64,000 nucleotides of DNA. Source: Octopus sinensis (Eukaryota). A program made the translations under genes and the position numbers. A model generated the notes under the pieces. The model had not been told where the DNA came from. It saw only the letters and a program-made list of their open reading frames with translations, and searched no databases. This document shows, one piece after another, positions 27,370 to 40,948 of the stretch; position 1 is the stretch's first letter; each line of letters opens with the position of its first letter. The stretch is taken from the NCBI RefSeq assembly GCF_006345805.1, contig NC_042999.1:84134001-84198000 (forward strand). The letters are read 5' to 3'.

Positions 27370-27767
27370 CATATAGCTCTGTGAGTGTGTGTGTGTGCAA
27401 AGAGAGAGAAGAAGACGGAAGGAGAGAGTGAAGAAGAGGATATTGAAAAATGTACGAGCGTGGATATAAGACTAAGTTAATAATGGGTGAAGTAGGTGAA
27501 AATTGAAAGAAGTGGCATACAGACTTGCAAAATATTCAAAGAATAAATGTATTACGGAAAACAGAAGGATATTATTTTAGAGTCTTAAGATTAATAGGTG
27601 TGGACTATTGGGTAAGGGTTATACTGGAGATTATCGACGTTCTAAGAGCTACAGTGCAAGTATGATAATAGGTATCCATTCAGGGTGAGGTGTTTTAATA
27701 CATCCTTAAAAATGTTTTTTTAAATAATTGTTCGGGCGCACGTAGGTTAGCGATAATTCAAACAATA

Positions 27768-28001
27768 AAGGCGGTGAGCTGGCAGAAACGTTATCACACC
27801 GGGCGAAATGCTTAGCAGTATTTTGTCTGTCACTACGTTCTGAGTTCAAATTCCGCCGTGGTCGACTTTGCCTTTCATCCTTTCAGGGTCGATTAAGTAA
27901 GTACCAGTTACGCACTGCGGTCGATGTAATCGACTTAATCCGTTTGTCTGTCCTTGTTTGTCCCCTCTAAGTTTAGCCCCTTGTGGGTAGTAAAGAAATA
28001 G
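27768..28001 (+). mobile_element. tRNA-derived SINE, group A, full length
   Basis: AAGGCGGTGAGCTGGCAG to GGGTAGTAAAGAAATAG. GATAATTCAAACAATAA occurs on both sides (~27752 and ~28001), a probable target-site duplication. Confidence 0.93.
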
Positions 28002-28069
28002 ATAATTCAAACAATAACGTATTTATCTATTCTTTCATGAAATATAATAAAGTTTCCTTTTAGAGGTAT

Positions 28070-28299
28070 GCCGACTCATAAGGGCCGGTTTCTCGGGTTC
28101 AGTTGCGTATAAATTCCGCACCTGTACAGGACGTCGGTCCGTCGCAGGGTTATTTATTTTTGCCAGGTGAGGGAACTAGAGCAACGTCAAAGGATTTTTT
28201 TTTCCTCAAGAACACAATGCGTCGTCCGGTCTAAGAATCGAAACCACAATCTTACGATCATGAGTCTCACACTCTAACCAATAAGCCACGTGTTTCCAC
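28070..28299 (-). mobile_element. tRNA-derived SINE, group C
   Basis: Minus strand GTGGCTTATTGGTTAGAG...GGTTTCGATTC head; 3' part shares GAAACCGGCCC with the 62334 copy. Confidence 0.75.
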
Positions 28300-28596
28300 A
28301 TAATGGAAGATTTGAACTTGAATATCTGTTATGCGCTACAAATGAATGCTTCGCCGGTCCACAGGTGCACAGGGAAGGGGAGTAACCACAATGTTTCGAC
28401 CTCTTGTTGTGTTTCTTCAGTTGAAGCTATGTCATGACGATATGAATGAATCTCTGAAGTGAAAGAGCTTTTGTTTATAGGAATCAGTATATATACTATT
28501 TGAAGATCTGTGCAAAAAAAAATATATAAAATAAACATGATGTTAACGAATGAGTAAAGCATGAATAAATATATGAAGGGACATAAAAATACGTAA

Positions 28597-28761
<165 letters not shown>

Positions 28762-28762
<1 letters not shown>

Positions 28763-29145
28763 TATGCCCTGATGCAGTACCAGACAGTGGCTCTCATGAT
28801 TTCTGATTGGAAGTGTTATCATGTACATTGTTTTTTCTCGGTATAAAAGATGGGCTGCAGCAAATATTTTGCTCAATACCACATATTTGCTTGTCAGTTG
28901 TTTGACCTTAATCAGTTGAGCATGTCCCTTAGTGTCTGACGATATGTGCATCTCTGATCACGTGCAGATGTAGTGGGGGAACTTCATAGCCATGTGTTGA
29001 GAGGGATTATTTGGGATCTGAATAATTCATCTCTAGAAACATGGATGTTTCGTTCAACATCCTTAAACAACTCATATTCAGGGACCTTTTATATTTTACC
29101 CCAGTGTCACTTTGATGGCATGCACTGCTCTCTCACTCAATAATA
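28762..29145. repeat. Dispersed repeat associated with (TAA)n, copy 2 (internally deleted)
   Basis: Homologous to 9812-10312; flanked by TAA repeats. Confidence 0.75.
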
Positions 29146-29301
29146 ATGAGAAGAAGAATAGGAAAAATAATTAAAATATAAGCCACATAATAGTGCACAA
29201 AAATATAATCAGATGAATGCAAAAGAGTGTTTACTAGAAGTTGAAACGAATATCATGTGATAACATTATTGGAATACTGTGGGTAGCTTGCATTCATCTT
29301 G

Positions 29302-30568
29302 TAGAGTGTCGATAGAAAAATCGGCTAGTGTAATTGGAGCACTACAGCGTGGAGAAAACTGCGGACAAGGTGGGTAATTAAAGAAAAAGTAACGCAAGTA
29401 CTGATGATCTTATTTTTCAGGTAAGTAGCAAATTGATTCGACAACAGGAAGTCATGGAACAACAAAATCGTTCCGCCATTGTTGTTTTGGCACGCGCCGA
29501 GCTCACTGCCAATAAAACTTTTAATTTGACGAAACTTCCAAAAGCCCCAGTTTATTGTGTATAAACAATTTAAAGAAGAGGGAAAGATTGATACAAAAGA
29601 AGACAAGACTCGAAGTGGTTCCAAGCACAATCCACAGTTTCTCGCTGGCCTCAAACGCTCAGTGAAAGCCAACTCATTCACCTCCATGACAACTCTTGCA
29701 AAGTCACGCAATGCGTACGTTTCCACAGTGTTCAGGGCCATGAAGAGGTACCTTGACATGACTAGCTATTTCGACGACGCCGTCACCTCCTAACAGCCAA
29801 AGCCAAAGCAATCAGAACCGAGAGATAACCAAAGATTTTGTCATTCATCAAGCATTAAGGTACAGGAAAAATTCTCGTGTTTGTGGACGAGATGTTCACT
29901 GTGAGTGCTAAGGTGAATCGCAGTAATTTTCGAATGATTGCATACAACACTTCTGACTCCCCTCTGTGACTAAGACTCAAAATCCTGTCTCTGCCGTGGC
30001 GAGTGATAGAATTGTCATTAATCCACACTTCATTGAGTTTGGCTTCAAGATTGGCACAAAGCAGTAACTGGACATCCTGAAGAACCCTCTGTTACCTTGG
30101 ATGGAACAGAAGTTTGGGCTTGATAAGGGGGTGCTTATCCAGGATTTTGGATCATGCCATGCGTCAAAAGCAGCACAAGCCTTCCTTGGTGAGAAGATGC
30201 CATTTTTTGTGAGGGCCAACATCTGAACCAGTAATAGCCCAGATCTAAATATTCTCGATTATTTTTCATGAGGTGTACTTCAAGCAAGGATCAAGGCTTC
30301 ACCACACTCGAGTGTCAACGGTTTGAAGACCTGCATCGTGCGCACGACAGGCAAATTAAAAAAGGCGGAGTTTGCTGCAGCTGCAAAAATCATTTCGTTC
30401 TCATTTGAAGGCAGTCATTGTCCAAAAGGACGGCTATATTCAGTGATAAATGGTTTTGTTGTAATAAACCTTACATTAAAATTATATCTGTCTACTACCA
30501 TTAGTTTAGTATTTATAACCATTTTTATGCATCGTAAAAATAATCTCAATTTATCTGCAACACACTTA

Positions 30569-30570
<2 letters not shown>
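29302..30570 (+). mobile_element. maT-family (DD37D) Tc1/mariner transposon, inactivated
   Basis: KILVFVDEMFTV; VLIQDFGSCHASKAAQAFLGEKMPFFVRANI*TSNSPDLNILDY gives 37 positions between the 2nd and 3rd Asp. Weak TIR similarity; ends at (TA)n. Confidence 0.88.
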
Positions 30571-30637
<67 letters not shown>

Positions 30638-30957
30638 TGATAGATGTACAGAGATATATATAGAGAGTGAGAGAGATACACAGACACATCCAGACAAACA
30701 GAACGATACAAATAAACATATAAAATTCCTTGGGTGTGATATGCATCATTCTGTCTATCTGCATGTGTCTGTGTGTCTCTCACTTTCTCTATCGAAATCC
30801 ATCTTCTGGTTACTTAAGTAATTATTATCCTTATCTCAACTAACACTGCGGAATTCCTGAAGTAGATCCAACGGAAACACACCAGGTAGCCCGAACTGTG
30901 CCAGTGATATACTCAGCACTTCAAAACACTAAACGACAAACCCATTAGTCCAAATAT

Positions 30958-31049
<92 letters not shown>

Positions 31050-31231
31050 ATATACATATACATGAATGTTAATCATGTGAAAATTTTCAGTCTCTACCCT
31101 TTCGTTATTTACATGTATACAGGTACATGTATAAATTGTAGTGATGCTTCATTCCCTAAACAGACATGCATATAAAAACATAACAGCCAAAACACGGGAT
31201 CTTTAGCGAGACGCAAAGCTTTATAGATTGA

Positions 31232-31337
31232 TGTATCTGACGAGACTCAGACTGGAAAATTGATGCAACACAGCATGTTGAAAAATGTCCCACCCATAAG
31301 GGACAGTAGCAGGATGGGTCGAAACGACTGTTGTACA
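31232..31337 (+). ncRNA. Type I hammerhead ribozyme motif in a (TA)n-flanked insert (~31064-31390)
   Basis: TGTAT-CTGACGA-GACTCA-(65 nt)-TGGGTC-GAAA-C-GACT-G-TT-GTACA. Stems I, II and III pair; GUU triplet. Confidence 0.75.
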
Positions 31338-31401
31338 ACATAAATATTAATACCAAATTCATCTTCTCGTTTCTTAAGCAATTACTATTACACACACACA
31401 C

Positions 31402-31467
<66 letters not shown>

Positions 31468-31546
31468 CACACACGCATATATATATATGTATATGTATGT
31501 ATATGCATATATATATATATATATGTATATGTATGTATATGCATAT

Positions 31547-31577
<31 letters not shown>

Positions 31578-31618
31578 GTGAATTCTTTAGAATTCACTAG
31601 AATCTCAATTACTTAACC

Positions 31619-31664
<46 letters not shown>

Positions 31665-32674
31665 TACGTCACTGCAAACTGAATTCTTGAAATATACGAC
31701 AGCCCCTGTGCATACCAAGAGGAAATGTGCTGGTGGTTCTTTGTTGCAATGAAGTAGTTTTTATGTTTACTATTTATAGCAAGAAGTAAAAATCTTCTGA
31801 CTTGCATTCATATTCTTACCAAAGAACAGGGAAAAAACAGAATTTATTTAAACAAAGAGAAAATGTATGATGATAGATATAGAACTTGACTAGATATACA
31901 TGTATATTTGCATGCGTATGTTGTTATGACTGCAGGGCATTTGTAAATACGTGCAATGCATGTGCTGTTTTAATGAGCAGCTGCTTTCACTATTTTGATG
32001 TAGATATCAGATGAGTTCTCTCTATATATACATATATAGAGAGATATTTATATATATATATATACGCGCACACACACACATATATATATATATACACTCA
32101 CACACATACACACACACATATATATATATTTATTTATATATATATATATGTAAGTATATATGAATGTATGTGTGTGTATGTGTGTGAATATTTTTTTAAC
32201 ATCGGTAGACATTGGTTTCGCACACTTTAATTTGTTTCGTGTCAGCCAACACTATATATTAGTGATACAAAGTAATATTCAACTAGTATCTACTATTCAA
32301 TAACAGAATATTCAAATATCGAGAATGCTTTTGTTACATGTGAAAGTTCATTTTATTAACCTTGAGGACCTAATACGTTTTTTTTTTGTTTTGTTTGCTT
32401 TTTTGTTACAGCTGCAACCAAAATGAGAGGTTCAATATGCATTATGCACTGCTTATGTCAAAAATCCTAATGTTAAATTTTACTTTAAATTTACCCGAAG
32501 AAATTATTTCTTCGTAAAGCTGTAATTGCTTTGTTCATGAATAAAGAACACGCCCGTTTGAAAGAGCTGTAGTGAAATTTAACCCATATATAGATATGGT
32601 ATTCATATATATTTCGATATGCATATATACTTCGTACCCAAAGAAGGAGCAATTTTGCATTCTTATATTTTCCT

Positions 32675-32995
32675 CGGCATGTTTCAATGGTTAAAGCGTC
32701 CGGCTTACAGTTTTGACGTTGTGATTACGATAACCCGAGCTGTATGTGGTGGTCTTCAGCAATACACTTTATTTCACTGAACTGTAGAAATGATTTATGA
32801 CATCACTGCTGCCAAGCTGTATCAACCCCTGCCTCTCCTTTGGACAACATCGGTGTAGAGAGAGGAGACTGGTATGCATGCGTGATTGCAGGTCTTCCAC
32901 ACAGAAACCTATCCGGACTTGTGCCTCGGTGAGCAATTTCTAGGTGCAATCCCATGGTCATTCTTGACGAGGGAAATGGGGTCTTTACCCTTTGC
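32675..32995 (+). mobile_element. Diverged tRNA-derived SINE (group C-like head)
   Basis: Degenerate A/B boxes (AATGGTTAAAG; GATTACGATAACC), GCAATACACTTTATTTCAC segment shared with the 54843 head, TTTACCCTTT tail. Confidence 0.55.
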
Positions 32996-33328
32996 TCCTG
33001 TAAGTTATCTTATTCCTTCTAATTTCTTCGGTGTTGCACACGAAGACACATATTGGTTTTTGAGACAGAAGATAGCGTACATAGTCCTGCACATCTAAAA
33101 ATGAAATAAGTTAATAATTGCTATTACAAAACGTTTGAAGACAGAACACGAATACAATTTAATAATATTTCTCCATATCTAAGATCGCAACTTCTATGAT
33201 TCAACTGATTGTGTTCACCATTTCATTGGAGGAGATATGAAAGTGGGCAATTTTCTTTAATGTCTAAATGCTAATTTACGTCACAAAGTCAATGTGGTAC
33301 GCGCATTTTCTATAATATAATTCTGGCT

Positions 33329-33583
33329 AAAGGCGGAGAGCTGGCAGAATCGTTAGCACGCCGGACGAAATGCTCTGCGAAATGAAATTTTCTCTACCGC
33401 TACGTTCTGAGTTCAAATTCCGTCGAGGTCGACTTTGCCTTTCATCCTTAAATGGATTAAACAAGTACCAGTTATGCACTGGGATCGATAAAATCGATTT
33501 AATCCGTGTGTCTATCCTTGATTGTCCTCTCTGCGTTTAGCTCCTTGTAGGTAGTAAAGAAATATGTATTTCGTCTGTCTTTA
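33329..33583 (+). mobile_element. tRNA-derived SINE, group A
   Basis: AAGGCGGAGAGCTGGCAGAATCGTTAGC...GAGTTCAAATTC...GTAGTAAAGAAATA. Confidence 0.9.
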
Positions 33584-35370
33584 CTGGCCCAGTCTGTGAA
33601 ACCCATCGCCTAATCAATTTTCTAGACATCCTGCTGAAGCCTTTGCTGAAATACATTGAATATTTCATTAGAAACGATTTATACATGCACCTTCCAAAAA
33701 CAATTAATGCAGAGGCATTATTGGTTTCTTTCGATGCTATCAAACTTTACACCAACATCCCACATGACTATGGAATAAAAGCAATCAAGTTCTGGTTTGA
33801 AAATATCCCGAATTATTTCCGGAACGCATAAATCAGGTCTTAATTATTAAATCTTTAAAATTTATTTCAGAACAATTGTTTCCTATTTGATGACACTTAC
33901 TATCGTTAGATGTGCGGAATTACGATGGGAACGAAAGCAGCCCCTGTTCTTGCGAACCTGATAATGGGTTATTTTGAATTCGCCATATATGAAATATCAC
34001 TCCAAAAATATGGTTATCCATTTCAGCATTACATAAGAGAAAACTGGACAAGATACCTGGATGAATGTTTTATCATTTGGAAAGAGACCATTGATAAACG
34101 TTTGGAATTCAAATTGACACTAAATGATATAAACAGTAACATTCAATTCACAATGGAATATAGCTCCCATTTTTAGATATTGTGATAAAAAAACAAAAGA
34201 AATTATTACTGACATCTATCATAAACCAACGGACTCGAAGCAATATCTCCTTTTTCGTTCATGCCACCTGGAATACGTCAAAATAAATATCCCCTTTAAT
34301 TTGGTAAAAAGGATTTGCACAGTAGTGTCTGACAGAACTAATCGAAACCTTCGTCTTCCAAAACCTCAGAACAACACTAACTGAAAGACAATATTTACCC
34401 TCACTTATAGACGATGGAATTAAGCATGCCAAGAAATTAAACATAAAAACACTAAGGATAACAAAACATAACATCACAACTCATTTCAAAACAATACTGC
34501 ATATATTAACCCACAACCATAGAAACAATGAGGCATACAACACTTACTAAGTAGAGACCCAAACATGAACAACTAACAAATGCGAAGTTTTACACAACAA
34601 CTATGAAACCAACGGTCAAAATTGTGGACACTCAAACTATGGAACATGCCTCGACCGACTTGAAGACTCAGATTTCCTTTTCAAACAAGGAGAGAAGTTC
34701 ACAATTAAAACCAACTTCACTTGTGCCTCTGAGAATCTAATTTATGTAATAACATGCTCGGGTTGTGGACATCGCTATATAGGACAGACGAGTATGGCAT
34801 TGAGACAGAGAACCACTCTACATAAAGAGCAGACCCGGTTCCCGTAATACAGACATATTCTTATAAGTGAACACATAGAGAGATGTGCAAGTATTTCACA
34901 GTTTCACAGTTTTCCCCTTCTACCAGTACGAATAAAATTTCTATACAAAGAACATTTAAATAAAATTTATTCATCGAAAAATACAGAACACGTCTGAATA
35001 CGCACACATAACGAACTTTGATCTCTACACGTATTTTAATTCGCGATTACATACACATCACTGTACATATTTCTCGTTACTACTCTAATTTTTGAATTTT
35101 TGTGTGTATATATATATATAATATATATATATATATTCCCCCCTCCACCAAAAAATGAACAATTATCTCCCCTGTCCACAATAAAAATGATAAGCAATTA
35201 CTTCTTCTTTGATTTTCCTACTTGTTGAAACATTCATTCATAAACACTGCACACACACAACATGGACGAAAAAGTTTTTCGTAAATTTTAATGACATGTT
35301 TAGCGAAAGCGAAACCAGTCGACAAACAATATAAGATATATTAAAATTATATTTAAACTATGTAATGTGG
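33584..35370 (+). mobile_element. Penelope-like retroelement (RT plus GIY-YIG endonuclease), 5'-truncated and degenerate
   Basis: RT motifs LVSFDAIKLYTNIPH, GITMGTKAAPVLANL, RYLDECFIIW, IQFTME, TDIYHKPTD..YL...SCH. GIY-YIG at ~34700-34830: FTCASENLIYVITCSGCGHRYIGQT..LRQR...H. Coding part ends ~35010. Confidence 0.93.
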
Positions 35371-35399
35371 GTGCATTTCCCTTCTTTAATTTCTTATAT

Positions 35400-35404
35400 A
35401 TATT

Positions 35405-35445
<41 letters not shown>

Positions 35446-35498
35446 CACACATACATACATATATACATACATACATATATATACATGCACAGACATAC

Positions 35499-35574
<76 letters not shown>

Positions 35575-35630
35575 TATATGTGTGTGTGTGTGTGTTTATG
35601 TGTGTGTGTATGTGTGCGTATGTATTTATG
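35400..35630. repeat. Compound (TA)n/(TACA)n/(TG)n tract
   Basis: Direct reading. Confidence 0.95.
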
Positions 35631-38164
35631 AGTGGTCAGTGTAGGCTTGTGTATTCTGTTACAAGTGTTGAAACTAAATTTCTGTACGTTGTGCAAACAT
35701 CTAATATTCAACTTAATACGTTAAGTACAGCGATATGAGTGTCTGTGTGCGCGTGTTTATGTATGTATATGCGACTGTCTCTGAGTGTGTGCGAGCGTAC
35801 TTGGTGTGTACATGTGTGAGGATAGATAGATACATACATACATACATACATACATACATACATACATGCATACATACATTCATACATATAGAGACGATGT
35901 TATATGAATAGGCATGAAAGGACGCGAGAGGGTGAATATATATATAAATATCTAAGAAATATTTAGTACTTCTCCACAGTATTTAATCACAGATAGCTAT
36001 CATACACTCCAGTTGGCAATTCAATGTTTTCTCTGATTGTATGCAAACGATATATATTACGTGAGTCTCTAAAAATGCGATAACACTCAACGTTTGATAA
36101 GAGAATCAAGCAGTATTAAATTTGTGCGTAATGTACTATAAACTTACTGCTATGTAAATATTACATAGCGCTCAGGAATTTGGTTACTGCTGTCATAATT
36201 TTTTTTTTATAGCAAATTATCTTAAGATGAGAAACATCTACACGATATATAACAAAATATTTGTATGATAAAGCTAGCTGGTCCGCTTAAGTAGTTAGTT
36301 GATATGGTGGGGTAGGAAATAAAAAAAGGAAATGAAAAGAAGAGAAAGACACAAACAAAAAATAATATAGTGCAAAAGAAATGTCTAATCTCTAAGTTAT
36401 TTGATAATACACATAAATACTCGATTCATGCGTATACATTCACAAAGACTTACTGCACACATACATACAGAAAATGACATATACATACATAAATACACAT
36501 ACATATACACATGTATACATATATACATATGTACGAGTGCATATAAGTAGAAAATTTTTCTTGGTTCGCGAACAGATGATAAATTACAATTATGATGTAT
36601 TAAAGAATATTCTACGTTTATATATATATAACCACAGGAAACAAGTTATTGATATTTTGAGTCTTACACTACAATTGTCTGAATGATCACAAACAAGCCA
36701 TTTCAGAGGGTGAAGGCATTGAAACAGAGAAAAAAATAAAAGATTGAAATATTGCCCTTATATACCAAACAATCATGTTCAAAATACCAATATTTTAGCT
36801 TCTTTTATTCTGTTTGATTTTTGATTTTTAATTTATTTCTTTTTAAAGTTTGTGTTTGTTCTGATCGTACATATTTATCGCTTCTTCTAGATAACTGAAA
36901 TATGGTGGGTTATAATGGCCTCCTATAAAGACACAGAATAATAAAAAGAGTTGAAGCAATATGAAAATCCAGGTACATGATTACTAAAAGTCATAAAAAT
37001 CATATTATGTCTGGATTCGAAATACATGAAATTATTGATGAAATTCTAAATGAAATATTGGCTACGACTACATAGATAAATTATTCATGAAGTCTGTTTA
37101 AGATATTATTCGAATTACACAATACTTCAATAATGCTTTGCTACAAGAACTTAATATTGAAGATGAAGATCTAAGAGAATATTAGATAAAATGTGATGTA
37201 ATTAATCATCACAGGTTTGTATTAATTTTCCTTCCAATTTTCGTAGAGTATTTATTCAGAACATATTACAAAATAAAATTTTGACTCAACTACATGTAAT
37301 TTTGTAATTTATTGGGGCATGTACCCAATGAAACTAACGACTCGTAAAGACTGCCACTAGCCGAAATGGAATTCAATATAAATTCAATAATCAAATCATC
37401 TTCGCCATGTTGATCAATGTTAATGCACCCGATAAAAAATATAATGATTGACCAAAATCTTCTCGACCATACATATCGATTACGCAAAATCATTTTACTA
37501 TATTATGTAGCCTGTATTTATGGAATAATTTCCCACATGTCCAAATTGCATCGACATCAATAGCCATTATTGAAAAGTTCCCAATACTACATAAAATTTT
37601 TACCATGAAACGACTGACCGAAACAATTATATCTGCGAATGGAACTCAATCTCGCCATCTAAATTTAAACAATTTTGCAGTGAAAATTCTCATTGAACAT
37701 TTAATTTCTCCTATTTATCATCTGTTTTCAACGACAGTAACAGAACTTTCTGTTCAAGCGTACATACAAGAAATTCGAAAAGCATGCTATGAAGACAATT
37801 CATTGGTAGCAATAGAATAATCAAATCCTTTCTTCTAATACTGTTCTGCATCACATTTAACATTAGCAATAAAATTATTTGAAGTACTGCACGGCTGACA
37901 GTCAGGTGCATTTACATTACTGCCAACAAATTATATATTGGAACATCAGCATGTTTCAAGGATTATCAAAATAGATTTGTACAACTGCAAAAAAACGTTA
38001 AAATTTATATATGAATTTCGGCTTTCAATCTAGCATCAGTTCAGGCTGAGATTCATTTTTCTTTTCATCTTTAACCATTGTGTTTCCTTCGGCCAGACGC
38101 TTTGAAGGAGTTCAGGCAGATATTCTTTTGCAAAGCGCCATCTGCCTTACACTAGGGGCGGGAG

Positions 38165-38530
38165 TACTTACACAAGGACCACAATTCCATCCTATGGACC
38201 AACCTCTTGACAGAGCTGGGCAGCAAACTTGCCCTCAACCTCCTTCAGTGCAGATCTTACTCACTATGACGTTTGGTTTTTCACGAAGCCGCAAGACAAC
38301 CTCGGGAGCTGTCATTTTGAAGACATTAAAAAGATGAAGGCTGGAAATAAAGACTTGAATGTCTTCAATTTGGGGGAGTTTCATGGAGCCATCATGAAGG
38401 CTAGAGCGTTTCAAGTGCATTGAAGACAGCGGATTCTAATTTGATTGAGATTAAAGTTTTGTACTTCTTGGAAATTAATAGACGGCTTCCCTAAAAAAGG
38501 TATCAAAACTTCATGAATGCACATTGTATA
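38165..38530 (+). mobile_element. Mariner transposase 3' relic with terminal repeat
   Basis: HNSILWTNLLTELG..PQPP/SADLTHYDVWFFTKPQDNLGSCHFEDIKKMK (cf. YSPDLAPxDFWLF), KCIE..G..F; ends ...GAATGCACATTG-TA. Confidence 0.75.
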
Positions 38531-38639
38531 TGCATACATATATAAACAGGAAGAGAGAATGAAAGGAAGAGAGAATGAAACAAGGAGAGATAGAGGGTGA
38601 TGGGGAAAGAAAGAGTGAGATTCAGAGCTACAGTAAATT

Positions 38640-38845
<206 letters not shown>

Positions 38846-39714
38846 CGTGACATATATGTAAAACGTTACATTTAACCAGCTTTTACTTTTAGGAATGTAT
38901 TAGCGACTGTTCACTGAATAAATTATATACTCTACTTGTGTAATTACATTTCAAGGTTAAATTAAAATGTCACCTAAGTAATTCTGAGTGTTTCTGACCG
39001 ACAGAAACAATTTTTAAATTAACAAATTACTATATAATTTTGTGAACATATATTTCTGAGTCTATTATGAATTTATTTCGTAAGAGATTCGTTTTCAGTA
39101 ATAAACTAATACGCAATAAAATAATTATAATTTGTTTAATTGTACATCAAAAATAGCTCTACATATAATAGCCTCTTAAACTGTTCGTGTTATAGAAGTT
39201 GCATAGCTCTCATATATTTGTAGGGCACTGGCAAAGCTGTTGTACGATTTAGAAAACCCTTTGAGAACCGATAACAGGCTAGGTACAACGAAGCAGCATG
39301 CTGACTTCAAATCACACCTAGATAAGTTTTGCATTTCATCCATCCAAAGACAGTGAATAAAGAAATAGATTGGCGGAATTGTCAAAGAGTTGGACGAAAC
39401 ACGATATCCGGTGATATCTCTTCTGGACTTTTGCATCCACAGTTCAAATCTCGCGACAGAACATGTGATTGGTAGTCATAATCTACAAATCGATTTCGCA
39501 TAACCAAATATCCTTTGGATAACTTTTAAACATTCCACTCTTTTGCATGAGTTCAGATCAAGACCCCAGTTTGAGGATACATTCCGCCTCTATCTAGTCT
39601 TGGAAGCCTTGTAAATGTACACGGGCATATTCTTTACTTGGAGATAATTTTAAAACTCACTTGTCTGTGTTCGTAAATGTAAGATCAACACTTAGTTTCA
39701 GTTTCTCTTCTTCT

Positions 39715-39875
39715 TTCGCCCTTTTCAAGCCTAGGCAGACTCATGGGCCCGGTTTCCCGGTTTCTGTGGCGTATTTGCTTCCCCAATCTGGACGGGACGC
39801 CAGTCCATCGCAGCGTTACTCAAGGAACAGGAAAGGTTGTGGCGAAAGAGTACAACAGGGGTCACCACCACCCCT
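39715..39875 (-). mobile_element. Group C SINE 3' half
   Basis: Reverse complement of 62480-62634 (CCCTGTTGTACTCTTTCGCC..CTTGAGTAACGCTGCGATGGACTGGCGTCCC..CTAGGCTTGAAAAG). Confidence 0.85.
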
Positions 39876-40717
39876 CTCGCTCTCTCTCTCTGTCTCTCTC
39901 TCTGTCTCTCTCTCTGTCTCTCTCTCTGTCTCTCTGTCTGTCTCTCTCTCTCTCTTCCGTCGACAACGTAGATAACTATAACCGGCAGTTTCTAACATTA
40001 AACTCCTTGTACTCTGTGGACTTAGTTTTATGCCTTGAATACATATCTATATGAATATGAATCCAGTAACTATTTGTTTTTATCATGTAACCAAAGATTC
40101 AATGTACTTAATTTCTGATTTAGCATTGACTAGTAAATAGCAGGCAGACTGTATTGAGCAGTTAAAATTGCAATGGGACGTTGAAACAATGATTTGTGAA
40201 AAGACATTATGAACAAATACAAATTTTAATGTTCCATTAAGGAATCCTAAAATATTCATGATTTGCATTTTGTTATGTTTATTATGTCATCGGAATCAAC
40301 TACTTCTTTCTAAACAATACTGCTCCAAACAAGACTTTTATGCTTTGATTTGCTCATTGTTTTATGATTTGTCATCAAAAAGACAAACAAATTGCATAAT
40401 TCTGACTGGTATTTGTAGTTTCACTATTGATTATTTTTTTCTTCCTACATTTGTTTTAAATCATTCTATAGAACACAGAAAAATGTTTTCCAATTTGCTT
40501 CAGGATGAGTCTGAAAAAAATTAAATTATACCGATCATCAAGTCTTCTAAGTAAACTAATTTTTTCGTGATTTAACCTACCTTTTAAAAATGTATTGTTT
40601 CTTTCAACTAGATTTCCTTAACCAAATGAATATATCAGTGGCAGACACTATGCCAGGCTTTTTGACTATAAGTCACTCATTCCGAATCAGTGTTATCCTG
40701 GCTATATGTACGAATAT

Positions 40718-40948
40718 AGCGGCGAGCTGGCAGAAACGGTAGCACGCCGGGCGAAATGCGTAGCTGTATTTCGTCTGCCGTTACGTTCTGAGTTCAAATT
40801 CCGCCGAGGTTGACTTTGCCTTTCATCCTTTCGGGGTCGACAAATTAAGTACCAGTTACGCACTGGGGTCGATGGAATCGACTTAATCGCTTTGTCTGTC
40901 CTTGTTTGTCCCCTCTGTGTTTAGCCCCTTGTGGGTAGTAAAGAAATA
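40718..40948 (+). mobile_element. tRNA-derived SINE, group A, full length
   Basis: Near-consensus copy. TATATGTACGAATA occurs on both sides (~40703 and ~40949), a probable target-site duplication. Confidence 0.94.
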
